The notes under the pieces were generated by a model that worked only from the letters and a program-made list of their open reading frames with translations, did no database searches and was not told the origin of the DNA. From positions 160,001 through 224,000 of the IMG/VR virus record IMGVR_UViG_3300036762_000065: a DNA stretch of 64,000 nt; one strand, 5' to 3'. The stretch's first letter is position 1. Each line of letters begins with the position of its first letter. This DNA comes from a virus (Duplodnaviria > Caudoviricetes). The translations under genes were made by a program, and so were the position numbers. Below are positions 7,672-15,920 of the stretch, in pieces.

Positions 7672-7968
7672 ATGACTGAACAAGCTATTGAGAAAGAAAT
7701 ACAAGAAAAGAACTTAAACGCACCGCGCTTAACGCCTGACTTGATTGATGCGGCAATTAAAGAAGAGGACTACCACGTTTTTGAAAATACATGCTTAACA
7801 GTGTGTTGCCTGACATTACGCAACGGCTTTACTGTAACGGGTGAAAGCGCGTGTGCAAGCCCTGAAAACTTTGATGCTGAAATAGGTCGAAAGATTGCGC
7901 GTGATAATGCACGCAATAAGATTTGGATGCTTGAAGGCTATTTACTTAAAGAAAGACTAGCGAATTGA
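7672..7968 (+). CDS. Phage Gp49/Sf6-gp66 family protein (possible cyclic-nucleotide sponge)
   Basis: APRLTP, LTVCCLTLRNGFTVTGESACASPENFDAEIGRKIA and IW.LEGYLL signature. Confidence 0.85.
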   Translation: MTEQAIEKEIQEKNLNAPRLTPDLIDAAIKEEDYHVFENTCLTVCCLTLRNGFTVTGESACASPENFDAEIGRKIARDNARNKIWMLEGYLLKERLAN

Positions 7969-7993
7969 TAAAATTGCGCTGCTTACACAGGGC

Positions 7994-8051
7994 GCATAAC
8001 ACAGTATTAGACGGCTACGTCTTTGTAGTCCGTTGATGCGGGTTGTTATGT
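7994..8051. mobile_element. attC-like site D
   Basis: GCATAAC...GACGG-CTAC..GTAG-tCCGTTGATG-N6-GTTATGT, 58 nt; shares GTCCGTTGATG with site A. Confidence 0.6.
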
Positions 8052-8075
8052 GATTATTAATTTAGGAGGTGAATT

Positions 8076-8198
8076 ATGTTCGATGTTGACAATTTAGAGA
8101 AAAGAATCGAGAAACTTGAAGAAGCTATTTTAGACTTGACTAACGAAAACGCAAAAATGAAAGCGTTATTAGAAAATATTATAGCAGCACTAATCTAA
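8076..8198 (+). CDS. 40-aa coiled-coil peptide
   Basis: AGGAGGT RBS; MFDVDNLEKRIEKLEEAILDLTNENAKMKALLENIIAALI. Confidence 0.6.
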   Translation: MFDVDNLEKRIEKLEEAILDLTNENAKMKALLENIIAALI

Positions 8199-8210
8199 TT
8201 TGGAGGATAT

Positions 8211-8315
8211 ATGAGTATTCAATGGGTTCGTGGTCACAGTGGTAACGCAGGTAACGAAATTGCAGATAAACTATGTGGTGATGCTGCAAGGGCACTTAGA
8301 GATAGAACCTTGTAA
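8211..8315 (+). pseudogene. RNase HI C-terminal fragment as a 34-aa mini-ORF
   Basis: GGAGG RBS; MSIQWVRGHSGNAGNEIADKLCGDAARALRDRTL matches the RNase HI WV.GH.G..GNE.AD.L motif. Confidence 0.75.
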
Positions 8316-8409
8316 ATAACAATTAAGTATAGGAGGAATAATATGCAACCTATTTTATTTATAGTAATAAATGTAACCATATACGATGTACTGAACAAGG
8401 AACTTTATA

Positions 8410-8883
8410 ATGCATAACTATGACCTTAACATAACAAATAATCAGTTACAGGTAATTGAATTTACAGTGCAGTTTTTTGAATTTGTTCATAAGTTTAGTA
8501 TAGAAACAAAGGCAAATATGACAGGGCTTGATATCATCAATTGGGCACTTGATGAGGTCTACGTGAATTTACCTATGACAGATGACCAACAACAATTGTC
8601 ATATATAAATTTTATAGGTCCTGAAGGGGAGCTAACTGTAGCAGACGATGACAATGAAGGTAGGGCTTGGTTAGGTCGTATGGTTACTGAAGTACGTATT
8701 ATTAGCCAGGTAAGTGATAAAGGTATAGCTTATAGACACCGCTATAAAGAATCTAATGAACACACGGTTAATTTCGGTCAATGGTCTGATTGGGAATACT
8801 GTGATGAAGATAAATATAATGAAATTTGTGCTTATATAAAGTCCGGGTATACGTACGAAGCTCAGAGGTTAGTATCCGGATAA
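8410..8883 (+). CDS. Hypothetical protein
   Basis: AAGGA RBS; C-terminal domain resembles that of 5815-6306. Confidence 0.65.
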   Translation: MHNYDLNITNNQLQVIEFTVQFFEFVHKFSIETKANMTGLDIINWALDEVYVNLPMTDDQQQLSYINFIGPEGELTVADDDNEGRAWLGRMVTEVRIISQVSDKGIAYRHRYKESNEHTVNFGQWSDWEYCDEDKYNEICAYIKSGYTYEAQRLVSG

Positions 8884-8909
8884 CATAAAGAGTTTACGAG
8901 GCTTTAAGA

Positions 8910-9410
8910 ATGGAACCAACTTATTTTTTAAGAACAGCTTGGGATAGTGAATGGGCTGAAGTGACTAAAAACCAGTTCATATGTGCGGAACGAGATGCAG
9001 GATTTTATCCTAAAAGCGGAAAAGAAGATGAATGTGCTACAGGCGGGTTTGGTTCCGCTTTTGGTGTGTCAGGTAGAATAATCTACAACGAAGAGGAAAT
9101 AAAAATGAGTAAGAAATCGTTAGGTAACACAGACGTAAATGGTGCAAAGAAAAACGTAAGCGACCTTGTTGTATATGGTGACGGCGATCTGTTTAAACTT
9201 TTGTCCAAAGCAAGCAGCCAGAACGAAGGCTGGATGAAAAGCACAAAAGCAATGGAAATAGAAGGTGTTGGTTGTGTTGTTCAAGTAACTACGCAACAAG
9301 GTAAGCATGTTGCAGAAGCCTTAACTTTTGTGCCTGGTGTTCGCATTGAGGAATCTGTATTGGATGAAGATACAGATATTGCTGTAAGTCGAAAGTTGGT
9401 GGCTATATAA
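8910..9410 (+). CDS. Hypothetical protein, probably two in-frame modules
   Basis: Internal GAGG RBS and ATG at 9105 start a conserved-looking module (KASS..EGWMKSTKAMEI...GCVVQVTTQQ). Confidence 0.7.
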   Translation: MEPTYFLRTAWDSEWAEVTKNQFICAERDAGFYPKSGKEDECATGGFGSAFGVSGRIIYNEEEIKMSKKSLGNTDVNGAKKNVSDLVVYGDGDLFKLLSKASSQNEGWMKSTKAMEIEGVGCVVQVTTQQGKHVAEALTFVPGVRIEESVLDEDTDIAVSRKLVAI

Positions 9411-9437
9411 TTGAGTTTTATTTGATGGAGTAGAGTT

Positions 9438-10001
9438 ATGAGAATAAATATAATAGCAGCAGTCTCCATAAACGGAATTATAGGACATGACGGAAGATTG
9501 CCTTGGAAGTTGAAGGCAGATATGGAATTCTTCAAAAAGATGACGTCCAACAAGATTGTCATAATGGGCAGAAAAACATTTGAATCAATAGGACGAGCTT
9601 TGCCTAATAGAGTTAATATTGTTATAACTTCGGATCCTACTTGTGGACAAGATTGTGATATTTTAAATGCGTCTGATTTTACAAGCGCATTAGAATTGGC
9701 TGCAATTTGTATAGAGCAGAATAAAGACGAGGAAGGCATAGATTACGAGGACGTATTTATAATAGGTGGAAGTAGTGTATACGAACAAGCCTTAGACGTT
9801 GCAGACCGTATGTATATAACACAAGTGCATGAGATTGTTGAAGGTACTGTACGATTCCCGTCTATTGATACCCATAAATGGAATAAAGATACACTGCTTA
9901 ACTCGAAAAAATGCAATGATAACGAATATGATTTTTCTATAGTGCAGATGGATAAGATCAAAGCTCCTTCTTACATTTATTCCAGAAGTTGTTGCAACTA
10001 A
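9438..10001 (+). CDS. folA: Dihydrofolate reductase
   Basis: IG.DGRLPW...DM.FFK, IMGRKTFESI, LPNR.NIV and IIGGS.VY motifs. Confidence 0.97.
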   Translation: MRINIIAAVSINGIIGHDGRLPWKLKADMEFFKKMTSNKIVIMGRKTFESIGRALPNRVNIVITSDPTCGQDCDILNASDFTSALELAAICIEQNKDEEGIDYEDVFIIGGSSVYEQALDVADRMYITQVHEIVEGTVRFPSIDTHKWNKDTLLNSKKCNDNEYDFSIVQMDKIKAPSYIYSRSCCN

Positions 10002-10011
10002 TAGGTGTATC

Positions 10012-10233
10012 ATGAACTTTCTAAGTCTATTGATAATAGTAAACCTAGTACTGCTAACTATTTTAATCGGTTTTTACATACTACCATTTAGACCTATTAA
10101 CGTCAAGCATAAAAGGAGACCTAGAGAAGATTGTGAGGATTGTTTAGGTACAGGAGTTATTAATAAAAACGATATGTTGTGGGAAGCGGAATGCCCTTGT
10201 AGATTAAAAACTCCTACGAAAAGTGAACATTAA
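10012..10233 (+). CDS. Small membrane-anchored Zn-finger protein
   Basis: N-terminal TM segment; CEDC.GTG...CPC. Confidence 0.6.
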   Translation: MNFLSLLIIVNLVLLTILIGFYILPFRPINVKHKRRPREDCEDCLGTGVINKNDMLWEAECPCRLKTPTKSEH

Positions 10234-10510
10234 TATATTAACTAAGGAAATATTTATGGAAAATCAAAACGAAAGCAATGCACTTACAGGCACAAGTAAA
10301 GTCATAGAAGGAACATATGGCAAAGTAAATCCTATAATGAAATACTTTGAATACGAGCATTTGCCGCAACATTTACAAGATGTTAGTGCACCTGTTTGTG
10401 AATTAGCAAAGAAGATGGATCGAGAGTTGCCGGAAAATGCGGAGAAAGAAGCAGGTCTTCGTAAACTACTCGAAGCTAAGGATTGCTTTGTACGCTCATT
10501 GGTGAAATAA
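10223..10510 (+). CDS. Conserved small helical phage protein (Acb2/Tad1-hairpin-like)
   Basis: IMKYFEYEHLP.HLQ.VS.P...LA......AEK.AGLRKLLEAKDCFVR; likely start at ATG 10256. Confidence 0.7.
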   Translation: MNINILTKEIFMENQNESNALTGTSKVIEGTYGKVNPIMKYFEYEHLPQHLQDVSAPVCELAKKMDRELPENAEKEAGLRKLLEAKDCFVRSLVK

Positions 10511-10558
10511 AGTATTGCACAGTATGCGATTGTAATTTCTCTAATACAGGAGAATACT

Positions 10559-10793
10559 ATGGATACAGATTACAGATTACAGATTCTTTGGAATAAAGTA
10601 CACAAAGCAAACACTCACAGCATTACTTGACGAAGACATTACACTTTACAGGGAACGTATAAGTTCCCTAAAGCAAGTGACAAATGTTGATGTAACCGAG
10701 ATGATTGAAGTGTATGAGTCTATAAAAAACAGATTGTTTACAAAAAACAATTTAGAGACAAGGCTTGTATCCGAACAATATACATACAGGTGA
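10559..10793 (+). pseudogene. Gene frameshifted by a 7-bp tandem repeat (TACAGAT x3)
   Basis: AGGAG RBS and ATG. Removing one repeat unit restores a 75-aa ORF whose TGA overlaps the next GTG. Confidence 0.65.
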
Positions 10794-11116
10794 TTATTAT
10801 GTTGGTAAAAATTCATAGATCGGAAGGATTTCGTGCATACATGGAAGCCAAAAACGTTCAAGTCTTTGATATGAATTCCGTAGAAGACAAAGATGAAATT
10901 AATTTAGAATACGACAAACGTATTGAAACGCAGAACAGGGCACAAGACAAGAAGGATTATTTAAAGTTGAGAGATTCGTTAGTAGGCATGTTACGTATAC
11001 TGGTTAGCGGAGAAGACGTAAAGGACAGTTACATTGTTAAATTTGTCTTTGCTAATGATATCATATCTATAAATGCAGAACATATACCTTTCGGTGCGTT
11101 CACAACCAAATCATAG
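10790..11116 (+). CDS. Hypothetical protein
   Basis: ORF in the co-directional run. Confidence 0.6.
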   Translation: MIIMLVKIHRSEGFRAYMEAKNVQVFDMNSVEDKDEINLEYDKRIETQNRAQDKKDYLKLRDSLVGMLRILVSGEDVKDSYIVKFVFANDIISINAEHIPFGAFTTKS

Positions 11117-11125
11117 GAAGCACAA

Positions 11126-11464
11126 ATGCAACACAACGTAGTTGTTAATGTGGACACGCAAACACATGTGTTAGAAGATCCTAACTTCATTGTACATAAC
11201 TTCACTAATATACCTAAACATGAAGAATTCTACGCTATAATGCAATGGCCTGGAGGTTGCGTAAAAGAAAATGATAAATACAGCACGTATAAAATAGATG
11301 TTGATAGGATAAATGCAGCACACCGATTAACATACAGTGCCTTTAAGTTAGGTAAGATAAAAGCAAGCGATGCCAGTTTAATAAACGCATTCATAGAAAA
11401 GTTGCTGGCATTTATGAAACTCAAATCGTTAACGAGTTTAATACTAATAAGGAGTGTAAACTAA
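11126..11464 (+). CDS. Hypothetical protein
   Basis: AGGA RBS. Confidence 0.6.
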   Translation: MQHNVVVNVDTQTHVLEDPNFIVHNFTNIPKHEEFYAIMQWPGGCVKENDKYSTYKIDVDRINAAHRLTYSAFKLGKIKASDASLINAFIEKLLAFMKLKSLTSLILIRSVN

Positions 11465-11465
11465 T

Positions 11466-11714
11466 ATGTATTCAGATAAGTTGGAAGTTAAAAAAATTAT
11501 CGCAACAACAGTACTTGTAGTAGTATTGCCTATTGCAATGATGGTCACTACGTATAACATTACGGTAGCAAAAACAATTAATATAGAAACTAGAATGGAT
11601 GAACTGGAGCATAAAATCTCCCTTATAGAAGCTCGCTATAAGTACAACACCGCTATGTTTAAACAAGAGCTGGACTCCTTGCAGGACAGATTAAGGCTGC
11701 TCCAGCAAAAATAA
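11466..11714 (+). CDS. Membrane-anchored coiled-coil protein
   Basis: AAGGAG RBS; N-terminal TM segment then coiled coil. Confidence 0.65.
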   Translation: MYSDKLEVKKIIATTVLVVVLPIAMMVTTYNITVAKTINIETRMDELEHKISLIEARYKYNTAMFKQELDSLQDRLRLLQQK

Positions 11715-11729
11715 TTTACAGGTGTGTAA

Positions 11730-12362
11730 ATGAAAGACCAACTGTTAATAAACGCTGTGAATATTATATTTGAACAGGTCAGCAGACTGTATGATGCTTA
11801 TGGAGAATTCATAAACGTAAATAACATTCAAACCAATGAAATGTTGCGCATATCCTCTGCAATAGAAACTGCGGTTAATATAGAGTACAACTATATGCTT
11901 GGGAAAGTAGTTCCAGATTCTTTGTATGTAAAAGCAAAAAGAGTACATTACCAATGCAAACGTGAGCTTATTCGATCAAAACATATGTCGTTCGAAAACG
12001 CTTTCGACACAGACACTTCAAACGTCAGGCGAATAACTGAGGTATTGAGTAACTGTAAACTACGTGCTTGTATAGAAGACAATACTGGAGGTATATATGT
12101 AATGCCCACAGTATTGTTGGATAGAATAAGTACGTTAGAGCCTTTTATAGTGTGGTACTTAAAAAATGTTCTGGACGAAGTGTCTCGTAGGTACGTATGT
12201 GCCCATATAAAATACCCTCCGGAGATGTCGGCAAACGATATGATTAAAGACATAAACAGGCGCTTAGACCTAAAAGAACAGGAAATGCGCAACTCCGGCG
12301 CTGGTGATTTCTATTGTCATGTACTTAGTTATATGGGTATATTTGATAAAACTCGAATATAG
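11730..12362 (+). CDS. Hypothetical protein, paralog of 12375-12998
   Basis: Shared LI.NAV, Y..YG, IS...ETA, YQCKRELI, F...FD.D and LRA motifs. Confidence 0.75.
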   Translation: MKDQLLINAVNIIFEQVSRLYDAYGEFINVNNIQTNEMLRISSAIETAVNIEYNYMLGKVVPDSLYVKAKRVHYQCKRELIRSKHMSFENAFDTDTSNVRRITEVLSNCKLRACIEDNTGGIYVMPTVLLDRISTLEPFIVWYLKNVLDEVSRRYVCAHIKYPPEMSANDMIKDINRRLDLKEQEMRNSGAGDFYCHVLSYMGIFDKTRI

Positions 12363-12374
12363 AAGAGAATACGT

Positions 12375-12998
12375 ATGACAGACAAGTTAATAAGTAATGC
12401 AGTTAAGCTACTGTTGGATAATGTCATAGATAGATATAATTCTTACGGTAACCAAATTAAGATAGACAACTGCGGTGCGTCTGTTATAAAGAAAATCTCT
12501 TTGTCTGTAGAAACTGCTTTTAAACTACAAGGCAAGTACATAAAGGAAAATCCTATAAATAAGGATTATGCAAGTCTAGTTTTATTCATACAATACCAAT
12601 GCAAACGTGAACTTATAGTAGGAGACATTCAAACATTCTCAGAAACGTTTGATGTGGATAGCGAGCAACTACAAAATATTAAAAACTTTGTAGGGAATCG
12701 GGTCAGCTTACGTGCATTCGTAGTGAACCAAGACACACCGAATCCGAATGTTGTTGTTAGCCATAATGTAAATCTAGCTAGATGTTGTAAAGTACACAGA
12801 GAAGCAGGATGGTACATAGCAAACGCTGTCGAGGAAGTGGTTAAACTATATATGCCGCAATTTGAGTATGCTCACGGTATGACATTGGAGCAGATGGTTA
12901 AATACACAAACGAAAGACTAAAAGAGTATGAACAAGAACAAGAGCAGTTAACAGGATATAATATGCACAGTTGTCTAATCAATTATTTAGGATGGTAG
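12375..12998 (+). CDS. Hypothetical protein, paralog of 11730-12362
   Basis: Shares the same motifs, including the identical YQCKRELI. Confidence 0.75.
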   Translation: MTDKLISNAVKLLLDNVIDRYNSYGNQIKIDNCGASVIKKISLSVETAFKLQGKYIKENPINKDYASLVLFIQYQCKRELIVGDIQTFSETFDVDSEQLQNIKNFVGNRVSLRAFVVNQDTPNPNVVVSHNVNLARCCKVHREAGWYIANAVEEVVKLYMPQFEYAHGMTLEQMVKYTNERLKEYEQEQEQLTGYNMHSCLINYLGW

Positions 12999-13045
12999 GC
13001 CTGTTTACGTCAACAGCGCCAATTACAAGAAAAACGGTGAATTAG

Positions 13046-13612
13046 ATGGATAAGGATATGAGCAACAAACGTTTACACAAACAAGAACCTGTATTTACAA
13101 AACCCATAACAGACTACACAATGTTTAAGCAATCTATGCTGCTTCGACTTATGGCAATGGCTCGTACAATTGAAATGACTCACGTTGAACAGAATGATTG
13201 TGGTACACAAGAGAGTCTTGGGTTAAGAAGTTTAATATTACCTACAGTAACTTACGAACTCATCCGAATAAAGAAACAGGACGCTCAAGAAATATACATC
13301 TATGTATGTACAGCCGATGAAGAAACTGTGTCTAGGAATTGCTGTGTGTATGCGAATGGTGATGTATTGGTATGGGGAGCGTGGATGGTAGAACTATTAG
13401 AAGCACTACCATCCACATACGAGAAAGTAAGAACAAAGTACTATGATTTGATAATTAAACGGCGTACAGAAGAAAATCTGTTACCTGAAATGACAGAACC
13501 TTGGACAGCTAAAGAAATCGCGGAGTTTAATAGAAACTTTAACAACAGTATGTTCGTTTCAAAAGAAGTATTAGACGAACACTATAAAAATTTCGAATAC
13601 GTTATCTATTGA
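13046..13612 (+). CDS. Hypothetical protein
   Basis: Last plus-strand gene; converges on the minus block. Confidence 0.65.
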   Translation: MDKDMSNKRLHKQEPVFTKPITDYTMFKQSMLLRLMAMARTIEMTHVEQNDCGTQESLGLRSLILPTVTYELIRIKKQDAQEIYIYVCTADEETVSRNCCVYANGDVLVWGAWMVELLEALPSTYEKVRTKYYDLIIKRRTEENLLPEMTEPWTAKEIAEFNRNFNNSMFVSKEVLDEHYKNFEYVIY

Positions 13613-14073
13613 AACCACTCATCTTTCATTTCTAATGTAGGTTCATCTAACGTAGGGCTAATCCAGAAATCTCTAGGCTGACACCAATAAGCGGGGGCGT
13701 TTTCAAGCACGTTAATATTTGCATGAATGAACGCCTCTTGTACCAACTCACTACAAAACCACTTATTAGGTTTGTGTGTGTTCTTAAACAGCGCAAAACC
13801 TAAATAAGCACGCCAATCGTATTTCCCTCCTATGTGTGAGTGTAGAAAATCATAAAACTTCTGATACTGTTCTTCCGTCACTTTAAGAGTACGGTAACGT
13901 CTATTAATGAGATGGCTAAAGTCAGTAAATTTATGTACACCTACTGTTCTTGCGCCTATCGCATAGTCTTTAAACATGATCTCAACATGGCTGAATTCAC
14001 AACGTTGTGTCCATCGTAAGAAGGCACTCGATAATCTCTTAGTAGTACTGAAAGCTATAACTATTGTTTTCAT
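13606..14073 (-). CDS. Permuted papain-like NlpC/P60 (YiiX/YebB-like) peptidase
   Basis: FSHVEI (His first), GKYDW, KWFCSELV (Cys second). Confidence 0.85.
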   Translation of the reverse strand: MKTIVIAFSTTKRLSSAFLRWTQRCEFSHVEIMFKDYAIGARTVGVHKFTDFSHLINRRYRTLKVTEEQYQKFYDFLHSHIGGKYDWRAYLGFALFKNTHKPNKWFCSELVQEAFIHANINVLENAPAYWCQPRDFWISPTLDEPTLEMKDEWFQ

Positions 14074-14079
14074 ATAATG

Positions 14080-14799
14080 TTAAACTCCTGGCGGCTTAGG
14101 TCTATATAATTCCAATCTTCCGAATATCTTAAATGCTTGTGGTGCGTCCTCTCCATAAAGTCCTGTGGCGTTACGTACAGTAATTCTAACAGTAAGTCCT
14201 TGTGGTAAACTAGCCCTGTCTTCTGTGTTGAGAGTAATTGGATAGTCTCCGTATATAGGAACTTCCTTACCAAAATATAGTAAGTGTCCGTATACAGGAT
14301 GTCGGACTGCAATATCTACAGTTGCTCCAAAAGGCGCATTCTTACAATGAACCAATCCGTCTTTTAGATAAACTAATTCATTAAAATTCAAATCGACTGT
14401 CTTTTCAACATCAGATGCCTCCATACTAAAAAACATCCGCTCGCCATCACCTATACCGGCACCATCACCACGAGAAGTGAAGTAACTATAGTGATTCATA
14501 GGCCTAGGAGATGAATAGACGTAGGGTATTTTAGAATCATCCTCTGCTCGTAAAAATTCTGTTTGTATGGTGTCATTAGGTGCTACATAATTCGACGCAC
14601 TATGGGCACCTACTATGCTGTCTAGGGCATCGTTATCTGTTGTAGGTAATGCTGCCTTAAACCACACACTTGTCGTAGTAGTACCAGCATCGTAATCTAT
14701 GTGGTCTAATGCTATGGTTATTGCAGAACTGGCCTCTATTTCATCCGACAAAAGAGCCGGATGAGATTCCTTGTTATATTCATATTTTACCGAACTCAT
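14080..14799 (-). CDS. Putative virion structural protein
   Basis: Within the tail gene cluster; beta-rich. Confidence 0.6.
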   Translation of the reverse strand: MSSVKYEYNKESHPALLSDEIEASSAITIALDHIDYDAGTTTTSVWFKAALPTTDNDALDSIVGAHSASNYVAPNDTIQTEFLRAEDDSKIPYVYSSPRPMNHYSYFTSRGDGAGIGDGERMFFSMEASDVEKTVDLNFNELVYLKDGLVHCKNAPFGATVDIAVRHPVYGHLLYFGKEVPIYGDYPITLNTEDRASLPQGLTVRITVRNATGLYGEDAPQAFKIFGRLELYRPKPPGV

Positions 14800-15389
14800 T
14801 TACCAACCCTCTGTATGTCAATTCTACCATCCCACATCGAAGCAAGGACATTTTTCTTACCACTAGCGTAACGTAGTTTAAATGTCTGTACACCGTCCAG
14901 TCTCATTGTTTTAAAATAACTAACTGGTATGTTTTGGGAACTTCCTGTAGAGAAAAACGTTCCTCCTGCTTCATTCGGTTCCTGCGTATGGCAATAAATC
15001 TCAGTATCGTTATGTAATAGTTGTGCCCAGAAATTACCGCCGGTATGATTAAAATTCCACATGTATGCCCAACTGACTCTATACAAACCATCTTCCAGTT
15101 CATCTGTTGTCAGACTTAGGAAATCAACATAGTCATAGGATGTGGTGGATTTAATAGCACAATGTTCTGCACCTGCATAGTAAGCCGTAAATGGTTCTGC
15201 AACATTGCCGAAATTTATAGGTCCAAGAAACTTATCATTGTTGAAAGCATCGCCTATCTCACAGCTTCCTGTTTCGGCAGTAATGTTTATCCATCTGTAC
15301 GCATTCAATTCTCTTTTGTTTGCAGTAATGTTATCGTGAGGCGCTTCGGACTTATCGACAACAGCACCGTTTTTTACGAGTGCCCACAT
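14796..15389 (-). CDS. Putative structural protein
   Basis: AGGAG RBS; tail cluster. Confidence 0.6.
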   Translation of the reverse strand: MWALVKNGAVVDKSEAPHDNITANKRELNAYRWINITAETGSCEIGDAFNNDKFLGPINFGNVAEPFTAYYAGAEHCAIKSTTSYDYVDFLSLTTDELEDGLYRVSWAYMWNFNHTGGNFWAQLLHNDTEIYCHTQEPNEAGGTFFSTGSSQNIPVSYFKTMRLDGVQTFKLRYASGKKNVLASMWDGRIDIQRVGK

Positions 15390-15398
15390 ATTTATCTC

Positions 15399-15920
15399 CT
15401 ATACCCAATTAGGGCCGTTATAAGCTTCTAGCTGGGTGATGTTGTATGTCATTACTGTAGTTATATCAGACCTACGCACACCTTCAATATGTCCGTACAT
15501 TACTTTCAATGCGGCCTTGGCGGCGTCATACTGTGCAACTACTAAAGCAGCTAGGTATTCCACGGTCTCGCCTGTGTGCGAAGTCTCTGCATTCATTATA
15601 GGTGTCGGTGTAGAATTCAGAACGAGGTAGGCAGAAGCCTCTGTATACTTCTCCTCGTATGTTCTTATTTGTTCTGAATCTTCTGTACCTAAAACTGCAT
15701 AGTAGCGACTAAGGCGTTCGCTATTTGCCTCATCTCGAATTTTATTCGTAATGAGTTTCCTATAGTATGTTAGCCTATCTGCCTCAAGCGTAATTTCATC
15801 CACTGAATCACCGACTTCCCAAACTATGGACGCGTAAGATTCAGGATCAGTAGAACTAACCTGCTTGTCAGGGTACATAGCACCAATTACAGATATTAAT
15901 GATGGTTTTTCTACATACAT
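15399..15920 (-). CDS. Putative tail fibre assembly/chaperone-like protein
   Basis: Directly after a fibre gene; TY.EKY.EA.AY...TP.M.AE...GE...LA.LV pattern. Confidence 0.55.
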   Translation of the reverse strand: MYVEKPSLISVIGAMYPDKQVSSTDPESYASIVWEVGDSVDEITLEADRLTYYRKLITNKIRDEANSERLSRYYAVLGTEDSEQIRTYEEKYTEASAYLVLNSTPTPIMNAETSHTGETVEYLAALVVAQYDAAKAALKVMYGHIEGVRRSDITTVMTYNITQLEAYNGPNWV

